From a virus (lineage: Duplodnaviria; Caudoviricetes): a stretch of 64,000 bases of DNA. The DNA lies in the IMG/VR virus record IMGVR_UViG_3300020045_001587, positions 19,725 through 83,724 of that record. The stretch is one strand, 5' to 3'. The notes under the pieces are model-generated. The model made no database searches. It was not told where the DNA came from and saw only the letters and a program-made list of their open reading frames with translations. The position numbers and the translations under genes are program-made. Shown here in pieces: positions 18,851 through 28,162 of this stretch (positions are counted from its first letter, which is position 1; the number at the start of each line of letters is the position of its first letter).

Positions 18851-19029
18851 AACTAAAACTTGGCAGCAAATGGGACGACAAGCATAGCTTGGTGTATGGT
18901 GAGTTCACTGTGACACTAACTGACTACAATCCCACCACTGATTGCGTCTACATCATCTATGACGAAGATGGCTCTGATGAGTGGGTTGAGCGTGAGAACT
19001 TCTTAGAGGAATTTTATGAGCTTGTTTGA
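18847..19029 (+). CDS. hypothetical protein
   Basis: ATGA overlap. Confidence 0.6.
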   Translation: MKLKLGSKWDDKHSLVYGEFTVTLTDYNPTTDCVYIIYDEDGSDEWVERENFLEEFYELV

Positions 19030-19109
19030 AGTGCTTTGTTATGGTACAATTGTCGTTGTGGTGATTGTGTTGCTAGAACAAATTCTTGTTAAATTTCTTA
19101 AAGAATTTG

Positions 19110-19138
19110 TTGACAAGCTGTTTAAATGAGCGTATAAT
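19110..19138 (+). promoter_or_regulatory. sigma70 promoter, 17-bp spacer
   Basis: Perfect TTGACA-N17-TATAAT. Confidence 0.85.
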
Positions 19139-19149
19139 GTTGTTTCAAT

Positions 19150-19237
19150 GGCTCCCGTCCCTCCAACGTTCTTCTACAGCGTTGTCATTAAATAGGAGGA
19201 TGGATGACAAGGGGTTCGATACCTCCGGGAGCCTCCA
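19150..19237 (+). ncRNA. tRNA-like RNA lacking a D-arm (UCU anticodon-like loop, 3' UCCA)
   Basis: Acceptor GGCTCCCG/CGGGAGCC plus TCCA; T-arm GGGG-TTCGATA-CCTC; hairpin CAACGTT-CTTCTAC-AGCGTTG. Confidence 0.65.
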
Positions 19238-19272
19238 GAATTTATTGTAGTAATAATTTAAAGGAGAAGTAG

Positions 19273-19563
19273 ATGGAAAAACTACTAAAGTTTCTTGGAG
19301 CATCTGCTGTAGTAGCTATATCGTTCTTTCTTAGTGGGTATGCTGTGCAGCAACTGTGGCAATGGTTTGTGGTTCCAATCTTTGCACTACCTCTGCTAGG
19401 ATTCTTGCAAGCTGTTGGTCTGACAATGACAGCTAGATATATGTGTTCTCGTCACACTATCTGCATCGAGCCAGATGACGTTGCACAGAAACGTATGACC
19501 TACTCTATCTTGTTCCCTCTGACGGCTCTGGCAGTTGGTTGGGTGATTAAGAGTTTTATGTAA
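19273..19563 (+). CDS. membrane protein
   Basis: SD AAGGAG; about 3 hydrophobic segments. Confidence 0.7.
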   Translation: MEKLLKFLGASAVVAISFFLSGYAVQQLWQWFVVPIFALPLLGFLQAVGLTMTARYMCSRHTICIEPDDVAQKRMTYSILFPLTALAVGWVIKSFM

Positions 19564-19636
19564 TAAAGAATTGCAAACAGAAGTTTGCTCTATGCCTTGC
19601 ACGGCTTTGTGCAATTTAAATTAAAGGAAACAAACA

Positions 19637-20716
19637 ATGAGTTTCAAGCCCCGCTCTAATAAACCACAAAATGAAAATCAAACGGAACGTAAGGAGTTCG
19701 TACCAATTATTCCAGAAGATGGTCTGCAACCTGTTCAAGTCGGCCTGCTAGTGGACCTCGGAAGCCATAAGAAGCTGCCTAAGTTTGCTAAAGACAGCAA
19801 CGGTAAACGTGAACAAGATGAAGATGGTAATGATAAAGTAATCTTCCCCAAAGAGGGTAAAGACACTGAACAGCGTGTTGGTGTGTATGTTGACCTTCTG
19901 ACTCAAACTCACGATTATGAAGGTGACATTGGTGTGAAGAACATTCGTCTGCCTCTGCACCAAGTCAGTCGTGGTATGACTGAAGGTCTAAACTTCACCA
20001 CTGTTGCCCCTCGTGATCCTGATGGTAATTATATCAAAGGTAAGCCTTGGACTCTGGCCCCAGCTTCAGCATGGTGCAAGATTGCTTCTGTTGTAAAGGA
20101 TGAAAAAGGCGATAAAGTATCTGATACGATGCTGAAAGCGGATTATAAAAATCCTAAGCACAATGATATTAACATGCTGCTTGGTAAGCCATTCATGTAC
20201 AATGTCGAGGTGAAGAAGACTGAGAAGGACGGTAATACTTATGTGAATACCAAACTTAAAAGTCCTGTTCCACTGATGAAGGGTATGAATCCTGAGCCTG
20301 CACTAATTCCCGCAATCTCTGTTAACTTTGATGACGACGATTTGCTTGAACCTCGTGAAGACTTGGGTGGTGTAGCTAAGTTTGACCTGCTGCGTATTAG
20401 TGATTTGCGTAAGATTGTTCTGGCTGTAGATTACGAAGGCTCTAATATGCAGGTTGCTGTACGTGAGCGTCAGGATGAAAAGGAATTAATTGATAAGGCT
20501 AAGGAAATCTACGAGAAGATTGTAGAAGGTGACAAAGACTTGGCTGAGATTCGTGAGAAGTACCCCAATGGTCCTGAGGGTGGTGCGGTTGTTGTAGAAG
20601 CTCCAAAGGTTAAAGCAGCACCTAAGAAACCTGAACGGCCTTCCCCATCCTTTGCTGACATGGACGATGACATTCCGTTTGCCCCTATTAGCAAGCGTCT
20701 TCTGATGATTATGTAA
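19637..20716 (+). CDS. single-stranded DNA-binding or recombination protein
   Basis: Acidic tail DMDDDIPF; position between the replication genes and the exonuclease. Confidence 0.65.
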   Translation: MSFKPRSNKPQNENQTERKEFVPIIPEDGLQPVQVGLLVDLGSHKKLPKFAKDSNGKREQDEDGNDKVIFPKEGKDTEQRVGVYVDLLTQTHDYEGDIGVKNIRLPLHQVSRGMTEGLNFTTVAPRDPDGNYIKGKPWTLAPASAWCKIASVVKDEKGDKVSDTMLKADYKNPKHNDINMLLGKPFMYNVEVKKTEKDGNTYVNTKLKSPVPLMKGMNPEPALIPAISVNFDDDDLLEPREDLGGVAKFDLLRISDLRKIVLAVDYEGSNMQVAVRERQDEKELIDKAKEIYEKIVEGDKDLAEIREKYPNGPEGGAVVVEAPKVKAAPKKPERPSPSFADMDDDIPFAPISKRLLMIM

Positions 20717-20724
20717 TATAGCCT

Positions 20725-20759
20725 AGCCCTTGCAATCTTCGGGTTGTGAGGGCTGTTTT
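20725..20759 (+). terminator. intrinsic terminator with UUCG loop
   Basis: AGCCCTTGCAATC-TTCG-GGTTGTGAGGGCT followed by GTTTT. Confidence 0.7.
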
Positions 20760-20771
20760 GTTAGGAGAGTT

Positions 20772-21794
20772 ATGACAACAGTTATTTTTGATTACGATCC
20801 AATCTTGTATGCAGCGGGAAGTGTTGGAGAAACCCGAACAGTGAAGATTATTCATCGGCAATCTGGTGATGAATATGAATTTGACACACGAACATTGTTC
20901 TGGGGTCATTGGAAGAAGAAGGCTGGTGGGTGGCTTGCTGATTACAACAAAGGTGCAGACTCACCACGGTTTCCAGAAGAGTTTGATGTAGTTGATGTGC
21001 AAACTCCAGAACCAATTGAGAATTGTCTTCACACTGTCAAGCAGATGATTAAGTCAACTTGTGAAGTGTTGGGTACATCAAACTATTATGGATACTCTGG
21101 TAAGGGGAAAGTGTTTAGGGAAGACATTTCAACCATCCTGAAGTACAAAGGAAATAGAGATGGTAATCTTCGACCGCTGCACCTTGATGAGCTAAAAGAG
21201 TATCTACGGAAACACCACAGTTGTGAAATCGTGACAGGTGTCGAAGCAGACGATGCTTGCTCTATTGATAGTTACAATGCTTACAAGAAGTGGTTGAAAA
21301 CCAAGTCTGATAAAGACAAGTATATTCTAGCGTTTGTTGATAAGGACTACCTCCAGTGTGCTGGTCATATGTACAATACAAATACTCAGGAAGGTGTTTG
21401 CTCATATGATGGATTTGGTTGGCTCAAACCAAATGATAAGGGCGATATTAAGGGTAGGGGAAGGATGTGGCTGTATCAGCAGGTATTGGATTCTGATGAA
21501 TCAGATAACTATGCTGCTAACTCGGCTAGTGATATGAAGTGGGGCGAGAAAAAGTCTTATGATTTGCTCAAAGATTGCACCAATGACAAAGAAGCATTTG
21601 AAGCTCTTGTGTTAGGTTACAAGACACTCTATCCACAACCAAAGAAGATTGTTGGTTGGCGTAAAGATGAAATTGAAATAGATTGGCTTTATGTGTTGCA
21701 AGAAAACTTTAATCTTGCTAAGATGCTTCGAGCTTATGACGAGAAGCCAACAGATGTAAAAGCAGTATTAACCAAACTAGGAGTAGCACACTAA
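20772..21794 (+). CDS. 5'-3' exonuclease (T7 gp6/PolI-exo family)
   Basis: IFDYDPILY, YKGNR, GVEADD, DKDYLQ, DESDN. Confidence 0.9.
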   Translation: MTTVIFDYDPILYAAGSVGETRTVKIIHRQSGDEYEFDTRTLFWGHWKKKAGGWLADYNKGADSPRFPEEFDVVDVQTPEPIENCLHTVKQMIKSTCEVLGTSNYYGYSGKGKVFREDISTILKYKGNRDGNLRPLHLDELKEYLRKHHSCEIVTGVEADDACSIDSYNAYKKWLKTKSDKDKYILAFVDKDYLQCAGHMYNTNTQEGVCSYDGFGWLKPNDKGDIKGRGRMWLYQQVLDSDESDNYAANSASDMKWGEKKSYDLLKDCTNDKEAFEALVLGYKTLYPQPKKIVGWRKDEIEIDWLYVLQENFNLAKMLRAYDEKPTDVKAVLTKLGVAH

Positions 21795-22657
21795 TGAACA
21801 ACCAAATCCGCATCAAAAATTCCCGCAACGAATACGCAACCATTTGGCCTATTGGTGATAATCCATATTTTTATTCTGTCAAATGGGACTATGAGAACGC
21901 ATCTGGAACGTATTGCAAAGGTCTTGTAGACGATGCAATCCGAGATGGTGAGTGGAATATTGTGCGAGAGTCTAAGTTGCCGAGTACATTTAATTTCGTA
22001 ACTAAAGTTCGTGAAGACACTGATGGGAATGTGTACACATGTAAAGTGCCAGAGGACGATGCCACGAATGTGCTTGTCACTTGGAAAGGTAAATATGGTG
22101 ATCGGTGTTGTAATGGGTATTATAGCAAGATTGATGCTCTAGAATTTGTGGAGAATGGTGCTTGGAAAATCATAGAAGAACCAGAAGATGAACAAGAGCC
22201 TGATCTGATGAACTATCTTTATGAGATTGTCAAAATGCGAAATGAAGAAAAAGAATTTGTTCCACACAGCTTTAAATACTATCATGTGGAGCATCCTGAA
22301 ACGATTGGTACGTTTACAGCCATTGCACCTGATAAGGGTATTGTGACGTATAACGATGCTACAGATACTCTTACCTATTGGGATTCTAAGTGGGCTGAAA
22401 AGCATATTAGCGAGGGCACTTGGGTTGTAATCCCTTCCAGTGAATATGTAAAAGACTACGACGAGGACGCCAACCCTGACATCATGCGGATCATCGCAGA
22501 TTTCACAGCATCTAGTAAACACTTCTTCGCAATCGAAAACGGCAAGTATAATGTCTATCGCCGAGGTCAAGATTACCCGTTCACTTGTGAGAATGCTGAT
22601 GAAATTATGAGTGCGATGAATGCTATTGAGGTGCTTGATAGCTTTACTGGAGAGTGA
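21794..22657 (+). CDS. repeat-domain hypothetical protein
   Basis: Three approximately 60-aa units, each ending G.W.I/V. Confidence 0.7.
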   Translation: MNNQIRIKNSRNEYATIWPIGDNPYFYSVKWDYENASGTYCKGLVDDAIRDGEWNIVRESKLPSTFNFVTKVREDTDGNVYTCKVPEDDATNVLVTWKGKYGDRCCNGYYSKIDALEFVENGAWKIIEEPEDEQEPDLMNYLYEIVKMRNEEKEFVPHSFKYYHVEHPETIGTFTAIAPDKGIVTYNDATDTLTYWDSKWAEKHISEGTWVVIPSSEYVKDYDEDANPDIMRIIADFTASSKHFFAIENGKYNVYRRGQDYPFTCENADEIMSAMNAIEVLDSFTGE

Positions 22658-23013
22658 ATATGCTTGAGCGTAGAACGTGGACAGAAGTTGTTGTTCCTGA
22701 TGTTAACTTTGATAATCTGTCTCTACAAGACTTGAAAGTGGTTGTAGACGAATTAATAGGTTTGCATGGTAAAGATGCTTTCCTGACATATGACTATTAT
22801 GGCTATGACAACGCTTACGAGGTAAACCTCAGTGTAAGAATGATTGAAGATGACTCTACATATAATAAGAGGGTTGTTCAAGAAGATTTGAAAAAGAAGC
22901 GTTCTGAGGAAAAGGCGGCTAAGAAATTGGCTGCTTCTGAGCTTACTAAAGCAGAACAAGAGAGAAAATTGTATGAATCCTTGAAGGAGAAATATGGCGA
23001 CAAAGAAGCCTAA
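22654..23013 (+). CDS. hypothetical protein
   Basis: GTGA overlap; C-terminal LYESLKEKY. Confidence 0.65.
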   Translation: MNMLERRTWTEVVVPDVNFDNLSLQDLKVVVDELIGLHGKDAFLTYDYYGYDNAYEVNLSVRMIEDDSTYNKRVVQEDLKKKRSEEKAAKKLAASELTKAEQERKLYESLKEKYGDKEA

Positions 23014-23542
23014 AGAGCATCTTGTGCGTTGTGGTGGAACAATGACCGAGAGTGCATACCTTGCTTGGATTCGTTCAGCATTACGCTCTAAGTCTTTGCG
23101 CTGGCCCCCACGGTCTGAAGCATTAGAGCTTGCAAGACGGCCCTACAAAGGCCCGAACAAGCGCCAGAAGTGGGAATATCAATGCGCAATTTGTGGTGAG
23201 TGGCACAATGCTAAAAATGTCATTGTTGACCATCACCCTGTTGCAGCAGGTAGTATTCTCAGTGTTGAGGACATTGGACCTTTTGCCAATAACTTGTATT
23301 GTGAAGTGGATAATTTGAGAGTGCTAGATAAAGTATGCCACGACATTTGGACAGTGGCTGACGCACAACAAATTAGCTTTGAAGAAGCACGGACATTAAA
23401 AACTATTATTGACTTGCTGAAACCAGCTAACAAGAGTAAAATGCAAGCTCTACTAGACTTGAATGGCTACGTATGTAGAAATCCTGAACAGCGTAGGAAG
23501 GCTCTGATGGAAATTTTTAATAAGGGGGAAGAAGATGTATAA
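22994..23542 (+). CDS. HNH-type nuclease (EndoVII/resolvase-like)
   Basis: IRSALRSKSLRWPP..YQCAIC..VDHH..NLRVLDKVCH. Confidence 0.75.
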   Translation: MATKKPKEHLVRCGGTMTESAYLAWIRSALRSKSLRWPPRSEALELARRPYKGPNKRQKWEYQCAICGEWHNAKNVIVDHHPVAAGSILSVEDIGPFANNLYCEVDNLRVLDKVCHDIWTVADAQQISFEEARTLKTIIDLLKPANKSKMQALLDLNGYVCRNPEQRRKALMEIFNKGEEDV

Positions 23543-23750
23543 GCGAGTTGATTGTGATGGAGAAGATTATATTGAAGGATTCTCTTATTTGAATTTGTAT
23601 GATGAAGAAGAATCTGTTGAGCTAGTAAAAGGTGAACGTTACGTGATTGTTAGAGCCGATGGTGATAAGGTTGGTATTTACGACAAAGACATTCCGAAGC
23701 TGATTAAGGCTTTGCAAGCTGCTTATGATTATAAGATGAAGGAAATCTGA
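23535..23750 (+). CDS. hypothetical protein
   Basis: Overlaps neighbours. Confidence 0.6.
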   Translation: MYKRVDCDGEDYIEGFSYLNLYDEEESVELVKGERYVIVRADGDKVGIYDKDIPKLIKALQAAYDYKMKEI

Positions 23751-24715
23751 TGACTAAGGACTGGAAACAAGACGCAATAATGCTGGCAAACACTGGTGTA
23801 ATGAGTTGGCGTGATATTAGCATCCAACTTGACGTAGCCAAGAGTACATTAAGCGATTTTCTCAGGAAATACTTTCAGACTAAGGAAGATGCCTCGCAGG
23901 ATTATTTTGATGAGGTTTTTAAGGAGAATGAAGTAAAGGACATTACTCACTTGGTTATTCCAGACAGCCAAGTACGTCCGGGAATCTCCCTAGAGTATCT
24001 TCGATGGATTGGTGAATATATTGTACGAAAGCAGCCAGAGGTTATAGTACACCTTGGTGACTTTTGTGATTGGGAGAGTCTTTCTCAGTGGGATGAGGGA
24101 AAGAAGTCTGCTGAAGGTAAACGAGTATTGGCTGACATTGAAGCGTCTATTCTCGGCATGGAAGAACTATTGTACCCTCTTCGTAAATTGCAAGCAGAAC
24201 AGAAGTTAGCTGGCGAGAAAGTGTATAACCCTCGCATGGTTATCACTCTGGGGAATCACGAAGACCGCCTTACTCGGTATGTAAATAACAACCCAAAACT
24301 TGAGGGTTTCTTGGATATGTCGCTGTTGCAATACGAGAAATTTGGTTGGGAAGTTGTCCCGTTTCTTACCCCAATCAATATTGACGGTATCAACTATTGT
24401 CATTATTTCCCAAATGTTATGACAGGTCGAGCACTAACAGGTACAGCAAATAATATGCTGAAAACTGTCGGGGAAAGTTTTACAATGGGTCATCGCCAAA
24501 CTCTTGACGTAGCTACACGATTTCTGCCGTCCAGTGGGCAACAGCAGTGGGGCTTGGTTGTCGGGGCAGGTTATGTGCATGAGGAACACTACAAAGGTAA
24601 GCAAGGAAATTACCATTGGCGGGGTATTGTTGTCAAGCACCGAGTAAAGAATGGTAGCTACGACCCCTTGTTTATTTCTTTAGACTGGCTAGAAAGTGAA
24701 TATGGAAACAAATAA
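23750..24715 (+). CDS. calcineurin-like metallophosphoesterase with N-terminal HTH
   Basis: IPDSQ, HLGDFCD, LGNHEDR, YCHY, MGH; N-terminal SWRDISIQLDVAKSTLSDFLR. Confidence 0.9.
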   Translation: MTKDWKQDAIMLANTGVMSWRDISIQLDVAKSTLSDFLRKYFQTKEDASQDYFDEVFKENEVKDITHLVIPDSQVRPGISLEYLRWIGEYIVRKQPEVIVHLGDFCDWESLSQWDEGKKSAEGKRVLADIEASILGMEELLYPLRKLQAEQKLAGEKVYNPRMVITLGNHEDRLTRYVNNNPKLEGFLDMSLLQYEKFGWEVVPFLTPINIDGINYCHYFPNVMTGRALTGTANNMLKTVGESFTMGHRQTLDVATRFLPSSGQQQWGLVVGAGYVHEEHYKGKQGNYHWRGIVVKHRVKNGSYDPLFISLDWLESEYGNK

Positions 24716-24990
24716 TGCACCAACAAATCACTATCAAGATTAACAATCTGCCACTTGTTCTTATTTGTCTAAGTAACGGTCATGTGGCAATTATCCCACA
24801 AGGGAAATTCCCTGTAATCTTTGACAGTCCTGAACAAGGAGTGAAAGCTGTAATAACTCCAGAAACAATGCTTGTAGGAACTACGAATGTGCCGTATAAT
24901 ACAAGTCTTCCTTACAAGGAGATGCCAGAGTTGTTACAATGGCTTGTTGACCAGCAATTAGAAATGCCCGCGTTTGGGAATATGTTTTAA
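24715..24990 (+). CDS. hypothetical protein
   Basis: TAATG overlap. Confidence 0.6.
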   Translation: MHQQITIKINNLPLVLICLSNGHVAIIPQGKFPVIFDSPEQGVKAVITPETMLVGTTNVPYNTSLPYKEMPELLQWLVDQQLEMPAFGNMF

Positions 24991-25001
24991 GGAGGAATAC
25001 G

Positions 25002-25295
25002 ATGTACCTACCAATGTGTTTTCCAAAATCTGAATACACTGAAGATAGTGCTCTTCATAGATATAACAAGTACCTGAAAGAATGTAATTTTAGAGTTCTC
25101 AACTCTGTAGGTTTAGCAGTTTGTCCTTGGGAGATTTCTATCAAAGACATTGAAGACGACTATGTAATAGCTCTTGACCAAGGGCGCAAGTATGATATGA
25201 CTCCTGAAGCTCGTATTCTGTTTAGCAAGTTTCTAGAGCAAGTGCAGATAGATTTTAATAACAAGACGTTGGAAGAACGTAAGGAGTTTGTATGA
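25002..25295 (+). CDS. hypothetical protein
   Basis: SD AAGGAGG. Confidence 0.7.
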   Translation: MYLPMCFPKSEYTEDSALHRYNKYLKECNFRVLNSVGLAVCPWEISIKDIEDDYVIALDQGRKYDMTPEARILFSKFLEQVQIDFNNKTLEERKEFV

Positions 25296-25714
25296 AAGTT
25301 CCAGCGCATCGCATTGGTTACTACGAAGAAACTTATAAGGAAGATATGAAAAATAAAATTAACGATGTAGTAGATGCCTGCCACAAAGCCTCTTTTGATG
25401 CTGGTTGGTGGACTGACAAAGAAGGTAATAGCACGACTCTTAATCCTATGTGTTTTTCCAACAAGCTATGCCTGATTCACAGTGAGATTTCTGAATCAAT
25501 GGAGGGTGATCGTAAAGACTGCCCTGATGACAAACTCCCTCACCGAGATATGCGAGAAGTAGAGTTGGCAGACGCACTAATTCGCATTTGTGATTTAGCT
25601 GGTGCTTACAATATGGATTTGGGTGGTGCGGTTGTGGAGAAAATGGAGTACAATAAAAATCGGCTGGACCATAAGAAAGAGTCTCGTGAAGCTGCTGGTG
25701 GAAAGGCTTACTAA
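25292..25714 (+). CDS. MazG-like NTP pyrophosphohydrolase
   Basis: LCLIHSEISESMEGDRK..EVELADALIRICDL..KMEYN. Confidence 0.9.
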   Translation: MKVPAHRIGYYEETYKEDMKNKINDVVDACHKASFDAGWWTDKEGNSTTLNPMCFSNKLCLIHSEISESMEGDRKDCPDDKLPHRDMREVELADALIRICDLAGAYNMDLGGAVVEKMEYNKNRLDHKKESREAAGGKAY

Positions 25715-26286
25715 TGTTGTGCATTTCGGTTAGCGACCTAAAGCTAGTAGACGAATTGTCGCATATGACAGAATTTGAAGTCGTACAAATTAAGAATGAC
25801 AGCATTGTTGCCAAGTATGCACATGAGTGCGGTATTGACACAGATTTTCCTGTAATGTATATTGCGAACAAACATCGTAACCTACAAAACCAAATTGTTG
25901 TAGGTTATCGGCTGTGCGGTGAAGTGAGGATTGATAGTGAGTTTCGCAATAGTAATCGAAGCAGCATCACAGATCGTCTAGTTATGACAAGCTACACTGA
26001 TCCTACGCTTATGGTAGAAGTTGCAGAACTCTCCTTCAAAGTAAGGGATTGGGAGGAGCATCTAAACGACAATGACAGCCTTGATTGGGATGCTAGTCGC
26101 GCAGAACTACCTGACAGCCAACTAGAAGAAGGTTGGCAGCAAGAGGAAAAGAATATTCAAGCTATGAATGATATGCTTGTCAGTATTCGCGGCAGTTGCT
26201 ACAACGCTTCCGGCAGTCTCAAGAGCGCTGAAGAATATAAGAAGTTTGATGAAGAACGTAAGAGCAATATTAACAATAACAAGTAA
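25714..26286 (+). CDS. conserved phage hypothetical protein
   Basis: 190 aa; TAATG overlap. Confidence 0.7.
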   Translation: MLCISVSDLKLVDELSHMTEFEVVQIKNDSIVAKYAHECGIDTDFPVMYIANKHRNLQNQIVVGYRLCGEVRIDSEFRNSNRSSITDRLVMTSYTDPTLMVEVAELSFKVRDWEEHLNDNDSLDWDASRAELPDSQLEEGWQQEEKNIQAMNDMLVSIRGSCYNASGSLKSAEEYKKFDEERKSNINNNK

Positions 26287-26296
26287 TAGGAATAAA

Positions 26297-28153
26297 ATGG
26301 ATAAGCAAGCACTAGCAGACATCACCGTCTTCAACAAATATAGTAAGTTCGTACCAGAGGTATCCCGCCGAGAAAACTGGGCAGAAATTGTGAATCGTAA
26401 TGCAGCCATGCATAAAGAGAAGTACCCACGCATGACTGAAAAGATTGACCAAGTTTACAAGGATTTTGTGCATACTAAACGTGTCCTTCCTAGTATGCGT
26501 TCCCTTCAATTTGGTGGTCGTCCTATTCTATTGAACGAAGCGCGCATCTTTAACTGTGCGTACGCCCCAGCAGAATCTCCAAAGTTCTTCAGTGAACTTA
26601 TGTTCTTGCTGCTAGGTGGCACAGGTATGGGCTACTCTGTACAGAAGCGACATGTAAGTAAGCTGCCTAAAGTGAAGCAGCCTGAGAGTGACATGGAATA
26701 TAAGTTCCAAGTTCAAGATAGTATTGTTGGTTGGAGTGATGCAATCAAGGTGGTTGCTAAGGCATTCTTCAACGCAGGTACTCTCCCTATCTTTGACTAT
26801 CGGGATATTCGTGAAAAAGGCAGTGAGCTTGTAACTACTGGTGGACAAGCGCCGGGTCATGCTCCTTTGAAGGCTTGTGTGGAGCAACTGATTGCACTGC
26901 TTCGCCCTGCTGTTGGTCGTAAGCTCAAGAGTATTGAAGTGCATGACATGGCTTGTATTATTGCAGATGCTGTACTTGCTGGTGGTATTCGTCGGGCAGC
27001 TATGATTAGTTTGTTTGATCGTGATGATGAAGACATGCTAACCGCTAAAGCAGGAGAATGGTATATCACTCATCCGTACCGTGCACGTTCTAATAACTCT
27101 GCTGTTCTTCCTCGTGGTGAAGTTACGGAAGAAGAGTTTGAGGCTCTGATGAAACGTGTAGAGGAATCTGGCTGCGGCGAGCCGGGAGTGTATTGGAGTA
27201 ATAACGAAGATTGGGGTACGAATCCTTGTTGTGAAATTGGCCTTCGTCCTTACCAAATGTGTAACCTTGTTGAGCTAAATGCAGGAGTTATTACAGACCA
27301 AAAGAGTTTTAATGACGCGGCTGAAGCTGGTGCATTCATTGGCACTTTGCAAGCAGGTTATACTGACTTCCACTATCTTAATCCTAAGTGGAAGATTGCT
27401 TGTGAGAAGGATGCTCTACTTGGTGTATCTATGACAGGTATTGCTTCTGGTAATGTAGAGCCACTTGATATGAAGGAAGCAGCAGAGCATGCTAAGAAGT
27501 GTAACGTAGAAACTGCCAAGTCTCTTGGGATTAAGAAGGCTGCACGAGTTACGGCTGTTAAGCCAGCAGGCACTACTTCTTTGGTTCTTGGCACTAGCTC
27601 TGGTATTCATGCTTGGCATGGTGAGTATTATATTCGTCGGATGCGTGCTGGTAAGGATGAGAAATTGGCTCAGTATATGATGCAAGCTGCGCCGGGTCTT
27701 GTAGAGCAAGATGTATTTGTACCACATCAGGTAGTGCTAAGTTTCCCTCAGAAGGCCCCTGAAGGTGCTACGGTACGTACAGAAAGTATGTTGTCGCTGC
27801 TTGAACGTGTGAAGAATGTCGCTATCAATTGGGTAGCACAAGGTCATCGTTCTGGTTCTAACAAGCACAATGTAAGCTGCACTATCTCTGTGAAAGACGG
27901 TGAGTGGGAAGAACTTACTAAGTGGATGTGGAATAACCGAGAGCACTACAACGGTATTTCTGTGCTTCCGTTCTTTGGTGCTGAAGCCTATCCGCAGCTT
28001 CCCTTTGAGGACATTAGCAAAGAGAAGTATGAAGAAATGCTTCCTCTGTTGAATGGTATTGACATTAGTAAGGTTTACGAGGAAAATGGCAATGCTGTGA
28101 ACTTGTCTTCGGAGCTTGCCTGTTCTGGACCAAATGGTTGTGAAATTATTTAA
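26297..28153 (+). CDS. nrdJ: class II (B12-dependent, monomeric RTPR-type) ribonucleotide reductase
   Basis: LPSMRSL, FNC, TNPCCEI, CNL, VKPAGT, C-terminal ACSGPNGCEI; no nrdB gene nearby. Confidence 0.9.
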   Translation: MDKQALADITVFNKYSKFVPEVSRRENWAEIVNRNAAMHKEKYPRMTEKIDQVYKDFVHTKRVLPSMRSLQFGGRPILLNEARIFNCAYAPAESPKFFSELMFLLLGGTGMGYSVQKRHVSKLPKVKQPESDMEYKFQVQDSIVGWSDAIKVVAKAFFNAGTLPIFDYRDIREKGSELVTTGGQAPGHAPLKACVEQLIALLRPAVGRKLKSIEVHDMACIIADAVLAGGIRRAAMISLFDRDDEDMLTAKAGEWYITHPYRARSNNSAVLPRGEVTEEEFEALMKRVEESGCGEPGVYWSNNEDWGTNPCCEIGLRPYQMCNLVELNAGVITDQKSFNDAAEAGAFIGTLQAGYTDFHYLNPKWKIACEKDALLGVSMTGIASGNVEPLDMKEAAEHAKKCNVETAKSLGIKKAARVTAVKPAGTTSLVLGTSSGIHAWHGEYYIRRMRAGKDEKLAQYMMQAAPGLVEQDVFVPHQVVLSFPQKAPEGATVRTESMLSLLERVKNVAINWVAQGHRSGSNKHNVSCTISVKDGEWEELTKWMWNNREHYNGISVLPFFGAEAYPQLPFEDISKEKYEEMLPLLNGIDISKVYEENGNAVNLSSELACSGPNGCEII

Positions 28154-28162
28154 GGAGAAACA

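Noticed and set aside
19150-19237. tmRNA or Y RNA
   Set aside because: There is no G3-U70 pair and no tag ORF, and it is far too short for tmRNA. It ends in CCA and no Ro60 gene is visible, which argues against YrlA.
17692-25714. HD phosphohydrolase + MazG + family A polymerase as a 2-aminoadenine (Z-DNA) or other base-modification pathway
   Set aside because: No PurZ, queuosine-pathway genes, glycosyltransferase or hydroxymethylase is in the window. The HD protein looks like the common YfdR type, and this set is ordinary nucleotide-pool remodelling.
26168-26296. N-terminal extension of NrdJ in the ORF track
   Set aside because: It overlaps the upstream gene; the SD (AGGA) favours ATG 26297 (MDKQALAD).
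11820-28153. Introns or inteins in polA or nrdJ
   Set aside because: Both ORFs are continuous and of normal length with contiguous motifs. The HEGs are free-standing.
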